From: Chiloscyllium plagiosum
Lineage: Eukaryota
Length of the DNA stretch: 22,824 nt
Direction: 5' to 3'
Assembly: GCF_004010195.1 (NCBI RefSeq)
Contig: NC_057750.1
Span: 15,663,821 to 15,686,644, forward strand
Shown here in pieces: positions 19,260-22,824 of the stretch. Position numbers and translations under genes: made by a program. The notes below the pieces were generated by a model, which was given only the letters and a program-made list of their open reading frames with translations, had not been told where the DNA came from and searched no databases. Positions within the stretch are counted from its first letter, which is position 1. Each line of letters opens with the position of its first letter.

Positions 19260-19402
19260 TGGTAACGTCAGGTGGTGAGGGTTGAATTGGTCAAAGCTAC
19301 TGGTAATGTCAGGTTAAATCAGTCAAGGCTTGTAATGCCAGTCAGTTTAAGTCGGTCATGGCTGGTGAAAGTCAGGTAAAATTGGTCAGGGTTGTTGGTA
19401 AG
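19260..19402. repeat. Degenerate tandem repeat, unit about 30-40 bp, about 4 copies
   Basis: Recurring GGTAATGTCAGGTTAAAT(C/T)(A/G)GTCA(A/T)GGCT. Confidence 0.7.
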
Positions 19403-19550
19403 TGATAGTTCCTGCTCCCCATTAATCTCATTGTTATCTATTTTTTATGAATTTCATCCACACGTATTGGCTGCCAGCTTCTTTTGAAACACTGTTTGTT
19501 GGCCACACTCGCCTCTATCTGATGTTTCATACTAATGTTTCAAAAACTGA

Positions 19551-19690
19551 AATAAAGTACTAAAATCACACTTACATAGTACATCTGGAGAAAGTGAAGA
19601 TATTATTGTGGTGAATGCAGCGATTTGCAGAGATCCCACTTGATGCATTAAATTCCCGCTTTTAATATTGTGTGTGCAAAAAATATTAAA
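19551..19690 (+). terminator. Candidate distal polyadenylation signals (AATAAA at 19551, ATTAAA at 19685)
   Basis: Hexamers in an AT-rich stretch. The 19685 site is followed by a TG-rich tract. Confidence 0.35.
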
Positions 19691-19934
19691 TCTTGTTTGA
19701 AATGAAGATGTGTTGAAATCCTTTAAGTATTTTCTTAAAGGCAATGTTCTTGCCAATTGCTCAAGAGATATTTTCTTCTCCAAACTAAAAGCATTCCCGA
19801 ATCTGATGCGACCTCAGCTATCAGATCATATTTTTAAATGTTAATTAATAGAGAGAACAACACTAGAGACAATATCTTAAGACATTTACCCATTTATAAG
19901 CAGTTGAAGCTCTTCCACCTCCCAATCAACTGTT

Positions 19935-20298
19935 ACACTCTCAGATTCCAGCATCTCCATCATGCATACATATGCATCCCACACTCAGATACCAGCTCTT
20001 TATCACACACTCACTAATTCATGCTCAGATTCCAGTTTCTCCAGCGCACACAAACACACTGCCCTACTCTCAAGTACCAGCTTCTCCATCACACGCAAAT
20101 TGTTTCACTCTCCAATACCAATTCCTCCATCACACACAGCCAAACACACACACTACCCCAGTCTCCAATACCAGCTCCTCCATTTCACACACACAGTTCC
20201 ACTCTGAGATACCAGCTCTTCCATCACACACACAGACTATCCCACTCTCTGATACCAGCTCCTCCATCACAGACACACATGCAGACTATCCCACTCAC
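19935..20298. repeat. Minisatellite, unit about 41-55 bp (CACTCTCAGATACCAGCTCCTCCATCACACAC...), about 8 copies
   Basis: The unit recurs directly and accounts for the His/Thr/Ser-rich ORFs here. Confidence 0.9.
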
Positions 20299-21401
20299 GT
20301 TGAGGAATAGTTTCTGACCACACCTGTTGAGCTGAAGTTAGGCAAATGAACCATTTGTGGTCCCACAATCTGGTTGACTTGTCTCCAGTTGGCCTTGGTC
20401 TGTCACAGAGGAACCATGTTATTAGAGGTTACCCAGAGATACGTCCCACTGGCTTAATACACAGCTATATCTAGTACTGGACTATTTGTCAACCTACTGA
20501 GTACATTGATGATATTACACAATATTCACAGTAGGTTAACTTATAACCCTATGAATTCAGGTTTTAAGTTGATCACAAATATCATCAGGTTTGTCTCATG
20601 ATGCTAGTGATGGGTTTGGAAATGAGTTGGTGAGCAGTGTACTTAAACCATTCAGAATTACAGGACATTAAATGTGGAAAGAATCAGAGCAAAATGCACT
20701 GCTGCAGGGAACCAAATATCTCTTGACATGGTCTACTGCTACTATTTTTGATCTTTTTGTGATTGTAACATGGAAAGTATGGAATATATTTTTAATGAAT
20801 AATTTTAACCATGTATAATAAAGATGAGGAATTCTCACACCGATGCTGCGGCAAGTCTGGTTGTATGTTATTGAATGTTTCACGTAAGGGGAGATTCTGT
20901 AACTGAGAAGGGTGAAGGTAGCCAGTGTAGCCCAGGTAAATGATACAGATAGTGACCTACGGGAAAGGTCAAGTTCCCTCCACAGTCATATAAACCTTCG
21001 CAAAACCACATACTCTGGAAGATTCCTCTTGAAACCACCATTAGGCGACCAAAAAGAAACCTAGTTAATCACATGGGCTGTGTGAGTTATCTGTTATGCC
21101 ACTTACTTTCTGTAACTAGAGGCTGCTGGGAGAAGTGACTAATTTGCTATGAACTAATCACACTCAGTGACAGTTGAGTTGTAAACTCTCCAGTCAGTTT
21201 CATTACCTCTGTCCCAGGGAAGGGAAATCCTACTTCGCCTTTTTGTGATCCCAATAGAAATGGGCGAGGTATAGATTTGGAGGTAACAGTTATAATGGGT
21301 GTCATGGTGCAGACCCTGTAGTCAAATATGGCAACATTCCATGTTTAAGTGCATACATAAAGAATGTACATTTGAGCCAGGTACGAGACAGCAAGTGTCA
21401 T

Positions 21402-21818
21402 CCCAATGAGTGTCAGTGTGTGTATGGGACTCATACCTCAGTGAGAGTCAGTGTGTGGGATCCATACCATAGTGACAGTCAGTGTGTCTATGTGGGATCC
21501 ATTCCCTAGTGAGAGTCAGTGTGTAGGATCCATACCCCTGTGAGAGTCGGTGTGTGCGGGACCCATACCCCAGTAAGGGTCAGTGTGAGAGACCCGTACC
21601 CCATTGAGAGTCAATGTGTGTGTGTGTGTGAGACCCATACCCCTGTAAGGGTCAGTGAGAGGGACCCATACCCCAGTAAGGGTCAGTTTGAGGGACCCAT
21701 ACTCCAGTGAGGGTCAGTGTATGGGTGTGACACCATACCCCAATAAAGATCAATATGAGGGATCCATATATCAATGAAGATCAGTTTGTGGGACTCCGTA
21801 CCCCAGTGAGAATCAGTG
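21402..21818. repeat. Minisatellite, unit about 29-43 bp (GGGACCCATACCCCAGTGAGAGTCAG(TG)n), about 12 copies
   Basis: Constant core with a variable (TG)n spacer, seen directly. Confidence 0.92.
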
Positions 21819-22489
21819 AATAGTTGCTTTTCTGTAGGTACAATTATTTCCAATCTGCTTTCATCACTCCCAATTTTAATAAGCTATCCTAACCCTCTTC
21901 CTTTGTAAATGAGTATCCCCTCACCCTCCCCTTTCCAAAATCCTTGAATGTTTTACCATCTCCCATACGTACCATTCACAGAGTCTGTCCAAGCTGTTCC
22001 AGTGTCACAGTACAGACAGGAGCTGTTTATGTTATATAAATGCTTATATTTTACTTATGTCTGCCTGCCTAACTTTCGTAGAAAATTCCACCTTGAACCT
22101 CTTCACCAATTCTATTAACTTAGCCTTACTTAAGTCTTATAAAATACTCAGGGATACCTCCTCCATCTGCAGGATGGTTTTAGTCATTTCTAATACAATC
22201 CTACTTTTATAGTATAAGACACTGAATCCTGTCCTTTTATCCTTTACCAATTACTTTTTCTCTATGTTGCCCATGTCCAAAAATACAGAGCACCCAAACT
22301 TCTGTCATGTTCCTAATTAGAGGAGAGCAATGGGTCACAAGACTCACTATTCCATCAGGTGTTGCAAATATATATATATAATTGAACCACCAAATGCCTT
22401 AATCTGCCTGATTTTGATTGCTATACAGAAGAATGCTACATACACCATGTTTCATCAGTAAACAAAAAAAACTGTAGACAAACCTATCC

Positions 22490-22824
22490 TTTTTTTATAG
22501 ATATTTTTATTAGAAATTTAACATTTTTACAAGTTTACAAAAATAAACAAAACTCTCAAATATAAACATTGATATACAATTAAATCAAATATACAATAGC
22601 CAAAATTTAACAAAAGAATAAAAAAGTACCGAAAAAGAAAAAAAAACAAAACTCAACTATCTACTAATCTAACCTACAACTAACCAGAGTGTATATTTAA
22701 GTCTCTTACATGCTCGGAATGTGTTAACATCAGATGTAATAAAACCCATATTCGTGCGGGATTCCTCTCCTAAGGGGCCCGGACCAGCCCAGGTTTGTAA
22801 TCTCAATTAAATAAAAGCCCTTAT
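22490..22824 (-). mobile_element. Probable 3' end of a poly(A) retrotransposon (L1/Tx1-like), running off the window
   Basis: The reverse complement ends ...TTTCTAATAAAAATATCTATAAAAAAA, a poly(A) signal plus A tail, preceded by a T-rich UTR. No coding motif is visible. Confidence 0.45.

Noticed and set aside
19962..20317. Overlapping His/Thr/Ser-rich ORFs
   Set aside because: Translations of a minisatellite.
21402..21818. CRISPR-like repeat-spacer appearance
   Set aside because: Vertebrate context, degenerate repeats, spacers that are only (TG)n, and no cas genes.

Overview
Vertebrate genomic DNA, most likely from a shark or other elasmobranch, judged from the HE1/V-SINE, CR1 and Penelope repeats. 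The window holds the last three coding exons of a periaxin (PRX) gene on the + strand: PDZ exons at 4854-5010 and 8581-8774, and a 7.1-kb terminal coding exon at 9765-16874. Together they give 2486 visible codons; the start exon was not found. The protein is much longer than mammalian L-periaxin and is built of AHNAK/AHNAK2-style repeats. Read-through into the last intron gives an S-periaxin-like short form. The upstream intron holds a decayed CR1 LINE hit by two inverted Penelope-like elements. Each Penelope copy carries a minimal hammerhead ribozyme (2427-2462 +, 4130-4165 -). The rest is SINEs, LINE fragments, minisatellites and one 245-N assembly gap. All homology calls come from remembered family motifs, not from database searches.
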